Shown here: piece by piece, positions 30,572 through 40,781 of the stretch | How the letters are laid out: the number at the start of each line of letters is the position of its first letter | How positions within the stretch are numbered: position 1 is the first letter of the stretch | Assembly (NCBI GenBank): GCA_944384515.1 | Contig: CALWTU010000032.1 | Span: forward strand, 1 to 53,361 | Length of the DNA stretch: 53,361 nt | Source: an uncultured Clostridia bacterium | GTDB taxonomy: Bacteria; Bacillota; Clostridia; Oscillospirales; CAG-272 | Reading direction: 5' to 3' | Position numbers and translations under genes: made by a program | The notes under the pieces: model-generated | Told to the model about the DNA's origin: nothing | What the model saw: the letters and a program-made list of their open reading frames with translations, nothing else | The model's database searches: none

Positions 30572-31432
30572 ATGACAGAATTTTATAATCAGGCAAGCCT
30601 CTGCTACGGTGGACTGCAGATAAACTCCAACGTTGTAAAAGGTCAGCTGGTTGACTGCATAACTCTGAAAAAAACCGCTTTATGCACGCAGTACGCTTAC
30701 GGCGAAAGCATTGTTTTTATGGTAACTATCGAGAATATCAGCTCTTGCAGTTATGTAAATCTCACATTGTATGACGATCTTAGCGAGTATGAGTATAACG
30801 GATGTGTTCTTTATCCGCTTAAATATGTAGACTCAAGTTTGAGAATGATGATTAACGGAAAAGAATGTTCCCCTCCCTCCTTACTCTCAACTCAGGGTCT
30901 TAAAATCAGCGGAATATGTCTGCCCGCAAAGAGTGTCGTAACAATATTTTATACCGTTACGGTGACGGCATATGCTCCGCTGGACATTTCCTCATCCGTC
31001 ACCAACACCGTAACCCTGACGGGTCAATTCCTTAGAAGATGCTACACCGACAGTGTAACGATTACTCCGAGAGCTACAACCTTGTTGACCATAACAAAGA
31101 GTTTATGCCCCAAAACCGTAATGGAATGCGAAGATATCACATATACTTTTGTTATCTCAAACGCCGGCAATACCGACATCCTGCCGGAAGACAACGTTAC
31201 GGTATGTGACAAATTCAAGCCCAGGATTAATTTGACACGGGTTGAACTTGACGGCGTCGAGCTTAAGCAGTATCAAGACTTTAACTACAACCCTCTTGAC
31301 GGAGTATTTACCACCAAACAAGGTCTTATTACTCCGAAAGGAGCGACTTTTGAAAGAGACTCATGCACCGGTGTTATAACTCAGACACCCGGGGTGTGCA
31401 TACTTGTAATAAAAGGAAGTATTTTGTCTTGA
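30572..31432 (+). CDS. Cys-rich two-repeat beta-sandwich (DUF11-like) protein, possibly spore-associated
   Basis: Two repeats of the pattern L.K......G/E.I.Y/F...I.N.....D; no signal peptide; RBS AAAGGA. Confidence 0.6.
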   Translation: MTEFYNQASLCYGGLQINSNVVKGQLVDCITLKKTALCTQYAYGESIVFMVTIENISSCSYVNLTLYDDLSEYEYNGCVLYPLKYVDSSLRMMINGKECSPPSLLSTQGLKISGICLPAKSVVTIFYTVTVTAYAPLDISSSVTNTVTLTGQFLRRCYTDSVTITPRATTLLTITKSLCPKTVMECEDITYTFVISNAGNTDILPEDNVTVCDKFKPRINLTRVELDGVELKQYQDFNYNPLDGVFTTKQGLITPKGATFERDSCTGVITQTPGVCILVIKGSILS

Positions 31433-31557
31433 TCCGAAACGGCAGATTTTTATCGGATAAACACAACTTTAAAGCCAACAAAAAGATTGATTGCATCTGT
31501 AATTTATATAAAAAGCTTTTTTGTATTAAAGAGAGATGTGGCGTTTCAGCGTATCGG

Positions 31558-31594
31558 AAAGGGGCGAGGTAGAAATATTTTCTGCCTCGCCTTT
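31558..31594. terminator. Terminator hairpin between convergent genes
   Basis: GGCGAGGTAGAAA-ta-TTTTCTGCCTCGCC flanked by A/T runs. Confidence 0.65.
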
Positions 31595-31660
31595 ACTTAT
31601 CTTTATATTCAGTTAAAAATTATACCGAAGAATTCGCAGGGTATGCGCACTCACCCGTTT

Positions 31661-33361
31661 TTATTTTACAAGGTGACGCTTAATCTTTCTCGAGGTAGTT
31701 TTCTCAAAAGGCTCCTTGCGTATCTCTACTGCTTTTATATGCTTAAATGAAGGAAGCTTGCGGTTGAGCTCTACAACTTTCTTGCGGATAATCTCATATG
31801 CCTTTGCTTCGTCGGGTGTTTCACCGAATATTTCGGGATTAGGATAAGCTATAACAGTAAGATTTACTGTCTCGCCGTCCTCGCCCTTTCTTCCGACAAC
31901 CACACATTCGCCTATCTCGGTAATCTTGCTGAGATACTCCTCTATCTCCTCAGGGAATACATTCTTTCCGTTTTCAAGCACTATAACAGACTTAAGTCTT
32001 CCCGTAATATAGATGTAACCGTCTTTATCCATATAACCGATATCTCCGGTCTTATACCATCCGTCAACGGTAAACGCTTTAGCGTTCTCCTCTTTATTGT
32101 TATAGTAGCCGAGCATTACGTTGCTTCCCTTAACCTGTATCTCGCCCTCATAATATCCCTTCTCGTTTTTCTCAGTGCCCTTATCAATACGCACCTTACA
32201 ACTGGGAACACTCGGTCCGACAGAGCCTTTTTTGAGCGCATAGTACGGGTTAACCGAAATAAGTGGTGAACACTCTGTTATTCCGTAGCCCTCTGCTATC
32301 GTAATTCCGAGGCTGTCAAACTCCTTGACCATCTTGGGACTCAGCGGTGCGCCGCCGCTGATAATTTTACAAAGTCTGCCTCCGAATGCGCCAAGCACCT
32401 CCTTAAAGAACACATGTCTTAAGTCGATACCTACCTTGCGAAGTCCGTTTGACAAAGCCATCATTGTACGCAAAAGAGCATATTTATGAGACTTCTTCGC
32501 CTCATTCATAATTTTGCTGTGCATTGTATTTACAATGAGAGGAACAAGTACAAGTCCGGTAGGCTTGAACTCTTTGAAATTCTTGGCAAAATGCCTGATA
32601 GAATCGTTTATTCCTACCTCCATACCGTAGTTAAGTCCCGAGAGCATGCACGCAAGCTCATATGTATGGTGCAAAGGAAGAACAGATACTATCGTATCGT
32701 CAGGGAAAAATTCAACCGTTGCGCATGCGGAATTAACTGTAGAGAATATGTTTTTCTCACAGAGCATAACACATTTGCTTGTTCCGGTAGTTCCTGATGT
32801 AAAGAGCATCACCGCAAGATCCTCGGCTCCCCTCTCATAAACAGAAAATCCGTTTTTATCCGCATACTCTCTTCCGTTTTTTATAATCTCATTAAGAGAA
32901 TACACGCCGTCATCCGCCTCAGCGGTATCCTGCATGCAAATAAATTTTTTCAAAGTGCTGTGCGTAGCTTTAAGCTCTGTCATCTTTGAATAAAAAGTCT
33001 TGCTGAAAATTATCGCCTCAGCCTCAACGCTCTCGAGCAGTCCGCCGATTGCGCTGATGGCAAGCTCCTTATGCATAGGAATAATACTTCCGCCCGCTGC
33101 AAGAGTGGCAAGATAACTGCTGACCCATTCCACAGATGTCTCTCCTATAACGGCAATCCTCTTGCCGGCAAGACCCATAGCCGAAAGTCCGGCAGCCTCA
33201 GAAATAATCATTTCGTAAAACTCTTTATATGTTATAGAATAATACTCGTTATTCTGGGGATAGCGATACGCCGTTTTTTCTCCGTGATTATTAAGAACGG
33301 CGAGATACTCTTTCAAATTGCTTACAGGAGTAAAAACTCTTTCTGTTTTCTTCTTTCCCAT
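31661..33361 (-). CDS. Long-chain fatty acid-CoA ligase (AMP-binding)
   Basis: FTSGTTGTSK, LPLHH, SGGAP, EGYGITE, WYKTGDIG, ITGR.K, GKNVFPEEIE. Confidence 0.9.
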   Translation of the reverse strand: MGKKKTERVFTPVSNLKEYLAVLNNHGEKTAYRYPQNNEYYSITYKEFYEMIISEAAGLSAMGLAGKRIAVIGETSVEWVSSYLATLAAGGSIIPMHKELAISAIGGLLESVEAEAIIFSKTFYSKMTELKATHSTLKKFICMQDTAEADDGVYSLNEIIKNGREYADKNGFSVYERGAEDLAVMLFTSGTTGTSKCVMLCEKNIFSTVNSACATVEFFPDDTIVSVLPLHHTYELACMLSGLNYGMEVGINDSIRHFAKNFKEFKPTGLVLVPLIVNTMHSKIMNEAKKSHKYALLRTMMALSNGLRKVGIDLRHVFFKEVLGAFGGRLCKIISGGAPLSPKMVKEFDSLGITIAEGYGITECSPLISVNPYYALKKGSVGPSVPSCKVRIDKGTEKNEKGYYEGEIQVKGSNVMLGYYNNKEENAKAFTVDGWYKTGDIGYMDKDGYIYITGRLKSVIVLENGKNVFPEEIEEYLSKITEIGECVVVGRKGEDGETVNLTVIAYPNPEIFGETPDEAKAYEIIRKKVVELNRKLPSFKHIKAVEIRKEPFEKTTSRKIKRHLVK

Positions 33362-33415
33362 TTTTTATCCTTTCGATAAATCCATATATTATATGTTATA
33401 TATTTGAGTGACAGT

Positions 33416-35326
33416 TTAACTTACAAGGCTCATTTCCCTTGAGCTCTCAGCTTTTGCATTAACCTCATCGGGAAGCTTATATGTAGGAACGACACGCATC
33501 ATCGCATCCCTGATTAAGTCGGGCTGGATCTCCCTCTCCGACAGCATAACCGCCTCTTTGAGAATATTGATTTTCTCCTCTATCTCTGCTCTTGTATACG
33601 GTGTGTCTCGCTCTACAAAAATCATGTTATTGCTCGTCTTATCGAGTTTTTCCGTCTGAATCAAAAGTTCCTCATAAAGTTTTTCGCCCGGTCTCAATCC
33701 GGTCTCTATAATATCTATATCACGGTACGGAACAAGCCCTGAGAGCTTTATCATATTTTCCGCAAGGTCGTATATTTTTACGGGATTGCCCATATCGAGT
33801 ATAAAAAGCTCGTTACTCTTCGCCATAGCGCCCGCCTCCATAACAAGACTTGACGCCTCGGGTATTGTCATGAAGTAGCGTATTATGCGTTTATCTGTAA
33901 CAGTGACCGGTCCGCCCTTCTCTATCTGCTTTTTAAAGAGCGGAATAACCGAACCGTTTGAGCCGAGAACATTTCCAAATCTCACAGCTGAAAATGTAGT
34001 CCTGCTGTCTGTCCTGCACTGAATTACCATCTCACACATGCGTTTTGACGCACCCATAATATTAGTGGGATTTACCGCCTTGTCGGTAGAGATAAGTATA
34101 AACTTCTCAACTCCGTATTTTTCCGCCAGATTCGCTGTGTTGTATGTACCTATAACATTGTTTTTTATAGCCTCGCAATTGCTGTGCTCCATAAGCGGAA
34201 CATGCTTATGCGCCGCCGCATGGAAAACTATGTCGGGCTTATAGTAGTTAAAGACAGCTTCAAGACGCTTTACATCCCTGACAGATCCTATCTCAACAAA
34301 CAAATCAAGACTGCTGCCGTAGTTTTGTATAAGCTCCTGCTGTATCTGATATGCATTGTTTTCGTATATGTCGAAAATGATAAGTTTTCCCGGTCTGCAC
34401 GCGGCAATCTGGCGGCAAAGTTCACTTCCTATCGAACCGCCTCCTCCTGTCACAAGCACAACCTTATCTTTGTAAAACTCTTTTGTCTTTATATTCTCCA
34501 TTTTCATGGAAGAACGGAAAAGCAAATCCTCAATCTTTACCTCTCTGATAACTCTCTTTGAATTATCGTACACCTTTCCGTACTCGCTGATCGGCAGATC
34601 ATAAAGCTTCACCTTACATCCCGTCTTGGAGTAAAACTCAAAGAGAGATTTAGCCTTATCGCCGTCAAGGTCATTGATGGCAATGAAAATTTCCTGTATC
34701 GGAAGAGCTCTGATTTTATCTATGACAGTATTGTCATTCTGAAGAACCTTGATACCGTGTATCATACTGCCTATTTTATCCTTGCTCTGATCCACAAAGC
34801 AGATCGGAACATAATGTGACGAACCGTTGTAAATAAGCTCATCGCAGAGCAAAGCTCCGATCTTTCCCGCTCCGATAATGGCAACACCGATTTTATTGTG
34901 TCTCTTGCCGCTCTCACTTTTACTTATCTGTCTTGTGCGCTCCTGATAAAAAAGACGGCTGGATATTGTCACAAGTATATCAAGACAGATAAATGTTGCG
35001 CTTATCCACAAACCCAGATACGCAAATTCAATAAGTCTTGTAACCGCAAGTGCAAACACCCCTCCGACAGCGTCGGAAACCAACATCTTTATATAAACCT
35101 TTGAGTCTGCGTAACGCAAAACATTAGAGTAATTATTAAGCAAAATTCTTGACGCAAGTATGCAAACATAGAATATCGCATAATTCAGCATATACCCGCC
35201 CGCACTAAGCATTTTATCGTATGGAGAATAAGCTTGGAGCAACACTGTCAACAGATATACAACGCTGAAGATTACAAAATCTATTAAAAGCAAAAGAAGT
35301 TTTCTTTTATTTGCTAAAAGTTTCAT
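33416..35326 (-). CDS. CapD/PglF-like membrane-anchored UDP-GlcNAc 4,6-dehydratase
   Basis: 4 N-terminal TMs, IIGAG, TGGGGSIGSELCRQ, FHAAAHKHVP, STDKAVNP, RFGNVLGSNGSV. Confidence 0.92.
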   Translation of the reverse strand: MKLLANKRKLLLLLIDFVIFSVVYLLTVLLQAYSPYDKMLSAGGYMLNYAIFYVCILASRILLNNYSNVLRYADSKVYIKMLVSDAVGGVFALAVTRLIEFAYLGLWISATFICLDILVTISSRLFYQERTRQISKSESGKRHNKIGVAIIGAGKIGALLCDELIYNGSSHYVPICFVDQSKDKIGSMIHGIKVLQNDNTVIDKIRALPIQEIFIAINDLDGDKAKSLFEFYSKTGCKVKLYDLPISEYGKVYDNSKRVIREVKIEDLLFRSSMKMENIKTKEFYKDKVVLVTGGGGSIGSELCRQIAACRPGKLIIFDIYENNAYQIQQELIQNYGSSLDLFVEIGSVRDVKRLEAVFNYYKPDIVFHAAAHKHVPLMEHSNCEAIKNNVIGTYNTANLAEKYGVEKFILISTDKAVNPTNIMGASKRMCEMVIQCRTDSRTTFSAVRFGNVLGSNGSVIPLFKKQIEKGGPVTVTDKRIIRYFMTIPEASSLVMEAGAMAKSNELFILDMGNPVKIYDLAENMIKLSGLVPYRDIDIIETGLRPGEKLYEELLIQTEKLDKTSNNMIFVERDTPYTRAEIEEKINILKEAVMLSEREIQPDLIRDAMMRVVPTYKLPDEVNAKAESSREMSLVS

Positions 35327-35381
35327 TTTACCCCCAAAAATCAGATAATAACTCCGATTTCTACATTTTTCACCTTCATTT

Positions 35382-35410
35382 ATTATAACACTCCGTCTTT
35401 ACAATGTCAA
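35382..35410 (-). promoter_or_regulatory. sigmaA promoter for the CapD-like gene
   Basis: Minus strand TTGACA-17 bp-TATAAT with extended TG. Confidence 0.7.
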
Positions 35411-35443
35411 TATTTTACACAATATTTTTATACCATTATATAG

Positions 35444-36136
35444 TCATATAGCAAATATTTTCTTTAAATATCTTTGAAATGGCTTTACTACTCCTATGAT
35501 AATCAGCATTATGCCTAAGAGAAAAAGCGCAATTGCCGGATAAATCGACCAGATGAAAAGTTTGCCGGTGCTTGAAAAATTTACATAAATCAGCCATTCG
35601 AGAAGTATAAAAAAACCGCTGAACGCAATAAGACATCCGCCGAAAATATAAAAGTATCCTCTCTTGAGGTAATACGTCAGCACGGCAACCGTTATTACAA
35701 TTATTCCGACGCATCCCGCAATCGGAAACGCAAAAGGAAAAAACCATCCCCCGCCGGTCCAAAAGTCAATATACCAAAGATAAAGCAAAACACCAAAGAG
35801 GTCGCACGGTATAAATATCGCCGGTGAAGGCTTTTTAAACCAAAGCGGCATAATGAAAAAAAGATATCCCAAAAGTATGCCTCCCATGGCATAACCGCTC
35901 CACACTACCCTGCCGTTTGTCCTCAGGTCGCTTGCAAATGTGACGATCAGCGCAATTGTCAGAATGAATGTGATAATAAATATCACCGCTCTTCCCGCAA
36001 TCTCCTCGCTCACCTTCTCTGCCTTCGGATAATTCTCCTCACTTGTCGGAAGATCCGGATAGTACACGGGCGTGTTGCACAAAGGACATTTTTTCTCACT
36101 GTCGCTAAGCTCAACTCCGCATTTTACGCAGTACAT
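35444..36136 (-). CDS. Zinc-ribbon membrane protein (DUF6320-like)
   Basis: MYCVKCGV..CPLC followed by ~6 TM helices. Confidence 0.7.
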   Translation of the reverse strand: MYCVKCGVELSDSEKKCPLCNTPVYYPDLPTSEENYPKAEKVSEEIAGRAVIFIITFILTIALIVTFASDLRTNGRVVWSGYAMGGILLGYLFFIMPLWFKKPSPAIFIPCDLFGVLLYLWYIDFWTGGGWFFPFAFPIAGCVGIIVITVAVLTYYLKRGYFYIFGGCLIAFSGFFILLEWLIYVNFSSTGKLFIWSIYPAIALFLLGIMLIIIGVVKPFQRYLKKIFAI

Positions 36137-36139
36137 AAG

Positions 36140-38374
36140 TTAACCTCCGTTACTTTCAACTTTCACATGTATTTTTTCTTCTCTTAAAACTTTGTAAAAC
36201 TCCATTTCAAGCCTCGGCTCTTTAATATTTCGTATAATATTGAGATAAGTTATACCGCTATAAGAGAGCACCCCCACATTATACGGAGCTTTGGACTGCT
36301 CGCTCAGAATGAAATCAAGTCTTTTTACATAATCATACATCACCGAAGGCATATTTATTACTCCGAGGCTTGAGAGAGTTATAACAGATTTTCTCTCCCC
36401 CACTCTGTCAAAGACACACTTCATAACAATATTTTTGAGAAACAGCGGCACAAGCTTTAAGAAAAGTTTTTTCTCGCTCTTGACATTCGTATATATTTTG
36501 CTCGACATGTTTTTGGCGGTAACATCAAGCGCCATATAGTTGCGCACAATTTTGCATATCTCATCGAAGGTATATTCACCGAGTCTGGGGTCAACGCCGG
36601 GCGTGGTATACAGCACAAAATTGCGCAGCGTTTTGCTGCCGTAAATACGCCTGAGGTCTACCGGAATCAAAACTCGCACATGCTTTTGACGGCTTACCTT
36701 GGTAATCTCCTTGTTTTGCAGGTTTATACCCGCTTTTATAAACGCGCCGACAAGCAGTGTTGTCACCGTAACTCCTTTTGATTTTGCAAGAGACACTAAA
36801 CTTTCCGAATCGAGAATAAATGTTGTGACATGCTTAAATCCGCCCTCTTCCCTCTCACCTAAAACCCGGTATGAATCAGGCTCTTTTCTGCTTTTGGAAT
36901 ATTTGCCCGTGTATTTTAAAAAACTGTCTTCAAGTTCCTCGTCCAAAGGCGGCTCAAGCCTGTCAAGCACCCCTTGCTCCGATGGAATCTTAATTCCGTA
37001 TTTCTCGCTGATATATTCCGCAACAAGCGTCTTCAAAAACACAATACCGCCGTTACCGTCTGTCAGAGCATGGAAAAACTCCACCGCAATCCTCTTTTTA
37101 AAAACGAGGACACGGAATGCGCATGTTCTGATCTCCTCAAGTCTCATCCTTGAGAGCGGGTATGACATCTCATCCCTTATTTTCGGCGCCTTGGCAATTT
37201 CCTCAAGGTAATACCAGAAGGTGCCGCGCCTGAGCCTTACGGATATCGACGGAAATCTTCTTACCGTCACATCAAGCGCCGACTGCAAAACCTCCCTGTC
37301 CACATCCTCATAAAGAGTTGCGGAAACCCTGAAGACATTCGACCAGCGTGAGCTTGCGGACGCAGGAAAAATTTTCGCAGCATTGTCAAGCCCCATCCAG
37401 CGCAATTTGCGCAGACTGTCTTTCGGAAAGCACTCGTTTATGAATTCATTGATTATGCCGTATTCCGGCTCGGTGCTCTTAAGGCAGTAAAGGTGATATG
37501 CATGCCACATTTTAGGATGGACGATAAGTTTCGATTTCGCACTGTAATGCAAAAGCCTGCTGTTCAGCATCTCTGCGTCGGATAGCAGTATCTCATCCCC
37601 GCCCGCAAAAATCAGGGACGGCGGCATACCCGTAAGATCTGCAAAAACCGGAGAAACAAGCGGATGTGCCCGCAGTTCTATAAGTTCTTCAACGCCTGCC
37701 GTATATTTCACTTTTTTGGGTTTAACTTTTGCGTCCTCCGTTTTTCCGACATAGCAATTTGCAAAAAACTCAAGCCGCTCTTTAGATAAAGACGGATCAT
37801 TATCAATATTGGTTTTATACGAGCCGCCGGACAGGGTCAAGTCAACCCACGGCGAGACAGCCAAAATTCCGGCAGGCAGCTCGGCGCCGATGCTCTTAAG
37901 CTTCAAGGCAAGCGCATAGCACAGCCCTCCGCCGGCACTCTCTCCCGCAAAGAGAATCGACTTTGCGTCATATCCGTTTTTGAGCATGTATAAATACACA
38001 CGCGCCACATCGTCAAGTGCGGCGGGAAACGGATTCTCCGGAGCAAGCCTGTATACGGGGGAAACAACGCGCATACCGCACTTTGCACACAGGATTGAGG
38101 AAAAGCCCTTGATATACTCCGAGTTGCCGCAGGTATATCCTCCGCCGTGCAGATACAGTATCACACCGTGCCTGATTTCATCACGGGGCACAGTGATCAA
38201 AACATCTATACCGTCAAAAGTATCGCTTTGGTCGACAACCTCATGCCGCATTACATGGTGGATGATTTTTCCGAGCTTATCCTGGATACTTCTCGCCGTA
38301 TCCAGCGGAGTGGCATCCGCAAACGGCCTTGTGAAATTAAGCTGCCCCCTCATAAATCTATCAGAAAATTTCAT
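36140..38374 (-). CDS. Fusion: HSL-family alpha/beta esterase + alcohol-acetyltransferase-like (HxxxDG) acyltransferase
   Basis: HGGG, GESAGG, GGDE, MWH in the N-half; LDNAAKIF at ~aa 329, FFHALTDGNGG and LRNF in the C-half. Confidence 0.8.
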   Translation of the reverse strand: MKFSDRFMRGQLNFTRPFADATPLDTARSIQDKLGKIIHHVMRHEVVDQSDTFDGIDVLITVPRDEIRHGVILYLHGGGYTCGNSEYIKGFSSILCAKCGMRVVSPVYRLAPENPFPAALDDVARVYLYMLKNGYDAKSILFAGESAGGGLCYALALKLKSIGAELPAGILAVSPWVDLTLSGGSYKTNIDNDPSLSKERLEFFANCYVGKTEDAKVKPKKVKYTAGVEELIELRAHPLVSPVFADLTGMPPSLIFAGGDEILLSDAEMLNSRLLHYSAKSKLIVHPKMWHAYHLYCLKSTEPEYGIINEFINECFPKDSLRKLRWMGLDNAAKIFPASASSRWSNVFRVSATLYEDVDREVLQSALDVTVRRFPSISVRLRRGTFWYYLEEIAKAPKIRDEMSYPLSRMRLEEIRTCAFRVLVFKKRIAVEFFHALTDGNGGIVFLKTLVAEYISEKYGIKIPSEQGVLDRLEPPLDEELEDSFLKYTGKYSKSRKEPDSYRVLGEREEGGFKHVTTFILDSESLVSLAKSKGVTVTTLLVGAFIKAGINLQNKEITKVSRQKHVRVLIPVDLRRIYGSKTLRNFVLYTTPGVDPRLGEYTFDEICKIVRNYMALDVTAKNMSSKIYTNVKSEKKLFLKLVPLFLKNIVMKCVFDRVGERKSVITLSSLGVINMPSVMYDYVKRLDFILSEQSKAPYNVGVLSYSGITYLNIIRNIKEPRLEMEFYKVLREEKIHVKVESNGG

Positions 38375-38392
38375 TTTAAAACCATCACCGAT

Positions 38393-39589
38393 TTATTTTT
38401 TTATCTCGTTCTTATGAAAAATATTGGCAATAAAACTTCTCTTTACCTTCATTGCGCTCTTAGGACAAAACTCCTGACAGCAGAAACATCTGATACATTT
38501 TTCTCTGTCTATCACTGCCTTCTTGTTCTTGATGACTATCGCTTTTGCAGGGCATATTCCGGCACAGATTCCGCACCCCACACACTCGGATTTTATAAGA
38601 TACGGCTTAGTTTTGAGAATAGACTGTGCCGTCACGGCAAAGAGCTTTTTTATGGGATTTTTGGTGTTTGATGAAAACCTCAGCGACTTTCTCTCGACAA
38701 CCCTCTCAAAATCCTTGACCTCAAGCCCCTCTGTCGAACCGACGATATTAAGCTCATCAACATTTTCAGGCACAAGTCCGCGCATATAAGCCGCATTCAA
38801 AATCGGGAGTTCCTCTTTTGTAAATCCGATAAGGTGAGAGGCAAGCATATCAAGCGTGTGCGGAGAATGAGAGGCAAGCAAAAATCCCATCTTCTTCGCT
38901 GTGCCTGCTGTCGGGCCGTTGCCCTCCATTCCGACTACCGCATCCGCAATATTCAGTACCGGATGAAAATACTCGTCAAGGTCAACTATCATATCCGCAA
39001 AATCCTCGTATTTCGGGAAACGATAATGATACTCGGGCTTTATTACTCCGGGTATTGTACCGAACATATTCTTTGCGGCACATGACATACCCATCATACC
39101 GTGACTTTTCAGCTTGCAGAAATTAATAATATAGTCCGCCCTGTCAAGATATCCCGTGTATGTAAAGCTCTTTAATACCTTAGCGTCCTTATACTCCGCC
39201 CTCTTCTCGGAAAAATCGGAATTGAGCTCCGCTCCGTGTTCGCATACTTCCCTGACGCCCGTCCGGTTATACACCCTGTTTAAAAACGCGGCGTTGTAAA
39301 GTCCTCCGGGGCTGTCGCCGACAATAACCTCGGCTCCCCTCTCGGTCAGCATATCGCACAAAGCACAGAGCAGGACGGGATGAGTTGTCGCTGCCTGCTC
39401 CGGCTTCATGGCGGAGACAAGATTAGCCTTTATAACGACGGTCTGCCCGCTCTTGATAAAGTCAAGTCCGCCCAAAGGCTCAAGCAAGCTCTCAAGTGCC
39501 GCTCTCGCCGTATTTTTATCGTACCCGTCAAGAGGTACTACGGATACTGTATCCTCTTTTTTATGGTACTTGGAATTATTTTCAATCAC
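38393..39589 (-). CDS. DUF362 domain iron-sulfur protein
   Basis: K.NLV, TTHP, GDSPGG, KLKSH, KNMFG, GMEGNGP; two C-terminal CxxCxxCxxxCP. Confidence 0.85.
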   Translation of the reverse strand: MIENNSKYHKKEDTVSVVPLDGYDKNTARAALESLLEPLGGLDFIKSGQTVVIKANLVSAMKPEQAATTHPVLLCALCDMLTERGAEVIVGDSPGGLYNAAFLNRVYNRTGVREVCEHGAELNSDFSEKRAEYKDAKVLKSFTYTGYLDRADYIINFCKLKSHGMMGMSCAAKNMFGTIPGVIKPEYHYRFPKYEDFADMIVDLDEYFHPVLNIADAVVGMEGNGPTAGTAKKMGFLLASHSPHTLDMLASHLIGFTKEELPILNAAYMRGLVPENVDELNIVGSTEGLEVKDFERVVERKSLRFSSNTKNPIKKLFAVTAQSILKTKPYLIKSECVGCGICAGICPAKAIVIKNKKAVIDREKCIRCFCCQEFCPKSAMKVKRSFIANIFHKNEIKK

Positions 39590-40649
39590 TTTTTACCTCA
39601 AAAAGGTTATCGAGAAGCTTGTAGAGCCTTGTCGCCATGCTGAAAAATCCGAGGTCGGTCGGATGAGTGCCGTCAACCGTTCCCTCATTCTTACAGATTT
39701 CCATAAGCTCGTATCCCGGGATCATATAAAGATTATTATCCCCGCTCACACGCGCTCTCTCATAAACCTCCCTCTGCAGGTTCAGCCGCTTTGTCGAGCC
39801 GCTGTCATAATAGTATTTGGGTCTTGTGAGGAACACAATCGGCAAATCCCGATGCTTCTCTCTTATGATTTTATAAAACGGCTCAAAGGTCGCCTCATAA
39901 TGCTCAAATGTCGGAGAATTGAAATCATAGTCAAAAACGAACATCGACAGTTTAAGTGACGCGATATACTCCGCAACTGCGCGCTCGCCCTTGGCGCTTC
40001 CGGAAAAACCGAGATTTATGTAATCCGCATCATACCTGCGTGATATGAGCGCCTCATACGAGGAGCCCGGGCGTGACGCACAACCGCCCTGTGTTATGGA
40101 AGAGCCGTAGAAGAGTATCGGATCCTTTACCGAATACTCGGGAGCGGGGAGAACCGCAGACCCCTCTTCCACTCCGAAAAGCACCTCGTCTACCGTGTCA
40201 TACAATGGGAAATTAACAGTAAAGAGTCTCTCTTTTTTTGCGCCCGGTATATCGTAAACACCGAGATACCAATCCTTTGTAGCAACGGGCGGAATAATTG
40301 TCTTTTTATATATTTCCCGGTTATCCTCTCTCACATAGATATCAAAGCCGGATCTGCCGGATGCCGGCATATGAGGCATCCTTACCGCACCTATTTTTGC
40401 TTTAACGATAATATATGGGCTGTCGGTGATAAATCTCACCCTTCCGCCTGCCGTCTGCTTGCAAAGCTGCTCGACAGACTCGCTTGTGGCATGGGCAATA
40501 TCCGCAGGTAATCTGCGGTATCCGACACCGTCATGCCAAACTCCGTAGAGCGAGATGGGTTTGTTTTTCGCATCGTAGTATACCGTGTTTTCCTTGTCAG
40601 TCGGAACTGCAAGCGCAAAATTTTTATCAAGCAAAGAAATATCCTGCAT
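39582..40649 (-). CDS. SGNH/GDSL hydrolase with GxDLY-like N-terminal domain
   Basis: GFDIY, YGSSITQG, NLGFSG, DGTHP; ATG 40649 with GGGAG RBS (ORF track start 40694). Confidence 0.85.
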   Translation of the reverse strand: MQDISLLDKNFALAVPTDKENTVYYDAKNKPISLYGVWHDGVGYRRLPADIAHATSESVEQLCKQTAGGRVRFITDSPYIIVKAKIGAVRMPHMPASGRSGFDIYVREDNREIYKKTIIPPVATKDWYLGVYDIPGAKKERLFTVNFPLYDTVDEVLFGVEEGSAVLPAPEYSVKDPILFYGSSITQGGCASRPGSSYEALISRRYDADYINLGFSGSAKGERAVAEYIASLKLSMFVFDYDFNSPTFEHYEATFEPFYKIIREKHRDLPIVFLTRPKYYYDSGSTKRLNLQREVYERARVSGDNNLYMIPGYELMEICKNEGTVDGTHPTDLGFFSMATRLYKLLDNLFEVKSD

Positions 40650-40685
40650 AACTATCATCTCCCAAAAAATTATTTTTGTATATTT

Positions 40686-40755
40686 ATTATACAATCAAAT
40701 CTCCCTTAAGTCAATAGCATATTTTATTGACAAAACAGACAAAAACAACTATAAT
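40686..40755. promoter_or_regulatory. Back-to-back sigmaA promoters
   Basis: Minus: TTGACT(40714-40709)-17-TATAAT(40691-40686); plus: TTGACA(40727-40732)-17-TATAAT(40750-40755). Confidence 0.75.
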
Positions 40756-40781
40756 ATATAAAAAACACTGTGGAGACTGAT

